From Cyanophora paradoxa CCMP329 (taxonomy: Eukaryota > Plantae > Glaucophyta): 64,000 bases of DNA. A program made the translations under genes and the position numbers. The notes under the pieces are model-generated. The model had not been told where the DNA came from. It was given only the letters and a program-made list of their open reading frames with translations, and searched no databases. Shown piece after piece: positions 62,091 through 64,000 of the stretch. How positions within the stretch are numbered: the first letter of the stretch is position 1; each line of letters opens with the position of its first letter. The DNA is taken from the NCBI GenBank assembly GCA_004431415.1, contig QPMI01000233.1, positions 1-64,000 on the forward strand, in the 5' to 3' direction.

Positions 62091-63051
62091 TCGCACTCCT
62101 CAACTCCCGCACCCCCCTCCGGCCGTCGCTCCCGGCGCCGCCGCTGCCACGGCCACTAGACTGCTATTGGACGTGATGCCAGCCGCCATCGTCGCTCGGC
62201 TGCGCGTCGCCCAAGCCCATTTCCCGCGCCCCGGCGGCCGCCGCCCGACAGCCCCACTCCCGCGCCCCGGCGCTGACGCGGCCGTTAGCTACTCGCCCTC
62301 TAACGCATTCCCACTCGTCCCGCCGACGCGCGCGCCGGGATCAAATTGCTGACCTCAGCCCGCCCGCGGCAGCGCTCCTGCTTAGCTACGCGTACTGCGC
62401 AACGATGGCGGTCGCGATGATCGAGTTCTGGATCGAGGCGTACTTCTTCCCTTGGATGAAAGGCGGCGCGTGGCTCTTCTGGGCCGGCCTCGCCGCGATG
62501 GTTTCCGGCGACGTGCTCCGCAAGGCGGCGATGGTCACCGCGCAGCACAACTTCACGCACGCCATTGCGCACTACCGCGAGGAGCGGCACGTCCTCGTCA
62601 CGTGGGGCGTCTACCGGTCCGCCGCCCGCCCGGCCCGCGCTCGCCGCGCGCTCCCGCGCTGGCGCACCCGACGCCCGCCGCCCTGCCCCCAGCTACATCC
62701 GCCACCCTGGCTACCTCGGTTGGTTCGTGTGGAGCATATCGAGCCAGGTCTGTCTGTCTCTTTCCCGCCTCGAGCGTCGGCCCCGCCCGTCCTTCGCCTC
62801 GCCCAACCGGTACCCCTCTTGGCCCGCCCCCAGATCCTCCTCGCGAACCCCGTCTGCCTCCCCTTCTTCGTCTGGGCGTCCTGGAAGTTCTTCGCAGAGC
62901 GAATCCCGTACCCCTCCCCCCCTCCCCCCCCCCCCCCCCAACCTGAGACGGTACCCCCAGGTACGAGGAGCGGCTCCTCTCCCAATTTTTCGGCGACGAG
63001 TTCGAGGAGTACCGGGAGCGTACCCCCACCTGGATCCCCTTTATCGAGTAG
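61964..63051 (+). CDS. ICMT: Protein-S-isoprenylcysteine O-methyltransferase (Ste14)
   Basis: Multi-TM N-terminus, then LRKAAMVTAQHNFTH..HVLVTWGVY|YIRHPGYLGWF..Q|ILLANP...RIP|YEERLL..FFGDEFEEYRERTPTWIPFIE*, with TAG at 63049-63051. Confidence 0.95.
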
Positions 63052-63131
63052 GGCGTACTCTGTCTCTTTCCTGCCTACATACGCACTGTACCATTGTACC
63101 GTTTTTCTTCATACCCCGAACTAGAGCGCGG

Positions 63132-64000
63132 CTAGTACTGCCGGGAGTGGGTGATGATGTTGAAGCGGCGGGGCTTGGGCGGGTTGGCGCCGGCGGCCGG
63201 CACGAAGCCGCGATGCGGTGAGGCCCCCCGCTGGTGCTGATCCTCCTGCGGCTGGCCGCCCCGCGCGCCCGCCGCTCGGACCTCCTCGTACGCCCTCCGG
63301 TAGTGCGCCACGTCCTTCGCGATGCCGTCGACGCCGACCATCGGGCCCCGCTCGACCGGCTCGGCCGCTGGGCGCGGGCGGGCGCGGCCGCCCGCCCGCT
63401 GGGGCACTGGCTCCGGGTCCTCGTCGACCGCGAAGGGCGGCGTGGGGGCCCCGCGGGACGCCCCCGCTGCCCCGCGGGCGCCGGGCTCGGGCGCCGGCCG
63501 GCTGCCGCCCGGGGCGCTGGGGCCGGTTCCGCGGCCGGCTGCGCCCTGGGCGGGGGCGGCGCCTCCCGCTCGTACTCGTCTTCGTACTCGTCTGAGTGAG
63601 TGACAGGAGTCAGCTGAGCCGGGTGACGCCACGCCGCGAGAGATGGGCCGCGGGCTCACCGGCGCGCCCCGCGCGGCGCGGCGCGGGCTGCGGCGGCGGG
63701 GGCGCCGCGGCGGCCCCCGCTCGGCGCTGCTCCCGCTTCTCCTGCCACCGCCGCTCCCGCTCGTTCGCGGGCGCTGCAGGCGGGAGGGACGCTGTCGGCC
63801 GAGGGCAGGCCCGAGCGTTCCGCGAAGCGAAAGCGCGCGTACCCGGGGCAGGCTCGTCGTACCCCCTGTCGTCCTCCTCGTACCCGTACCCGTCCCCGTG
63901 CGCGGGCTCGCGCTGCCGCTCCGCCGCCGCCGGCGCGCGTGCGTCGCGCTCGTCCCGTCCGCGGCCACCACGCGGCTCCTCGCGGTAGCCTCCATCGTAC
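63132..64000 (-). CDS. Hypothetical protein, 3' part only; charged and low complexity
   Basis: Exons YREEPRGGRGRDERDAR...GYEEDDRGYDEPAPG and ...IAKDVAHYRRAYEEVRA...KPRRFNIITHSRQY* with the stop at 63132. The 5' end lies outside the window. Confidence 0.6.
   Translation of the reverse strand, partial: TMEATARSRVVAADGTSATHARRRRRSGSASPRTGTGTGTRRTTGGTTSLPRVRALSLRGTLGPALGRQRPSRLQRPRTSGSGGGRRSGSSAERGPPRRPRRRSPRRAARGAPVSPRPISRGVASPGSADSCHSLRRVRRRVRAGGAAPAQGAAGRGTGPSAPGGSRPAPEPGARGAAGASRGAPTPPFAVDEDPEPVPQRAGGRARPRPAAEPVERGPMVGVDGIAKDVAHYRRAYEEVRAAGARGGQPQEDQHQRGASPHRGFVPAAGANPPKPRRFNIITHSRQY

Overview
Very GC-rich, intron-dense eukaryotic nuclear DNA of algal or protist style. The GTGCG/GTACC/GCGCG donors and the (CCCCG)n and (GATCT)n intron filler are reminiscent of a glaucophyte-like genome, but I cannot identify the organism. 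Most entries in the six-frame ORF track are shadow ORFs, so the gene models below were spliced by eye and exon boundaries are approximate. The window holds, in order: (1) a partial hypothetical gene (-); (2) an ~11.6 kb gene for a large secreted, probably GPI-anchored surface protein (+); (3) a receptor-like gene with signal peptide, NHL-like beta-propeller, Ser-Pro linker, PKD/REJ-like region and multi-TM end (-); (4) a spacer rich in transposon relics; (5) a 16 kb gene for an N-acylated DUF4062-NACHT-TPR (NPHP3-like) protein containing a 3.15 kb tandem duplication of TPR exons (+); (6) a 2.37 kb non-coding composite retroposon with a 17-bp TSD, and a Tc1/mariner-type MITE; (7) a second, GPI-type paralog of the propeller protein (+); (8) a compact cluster of an AusD-like SAM methyltransferase (-), TBCA (+), TRM5 (-), ICMT (+) and a partial hypothetical gene (-). 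No rRNA, tRNA or CRISPR array was found.
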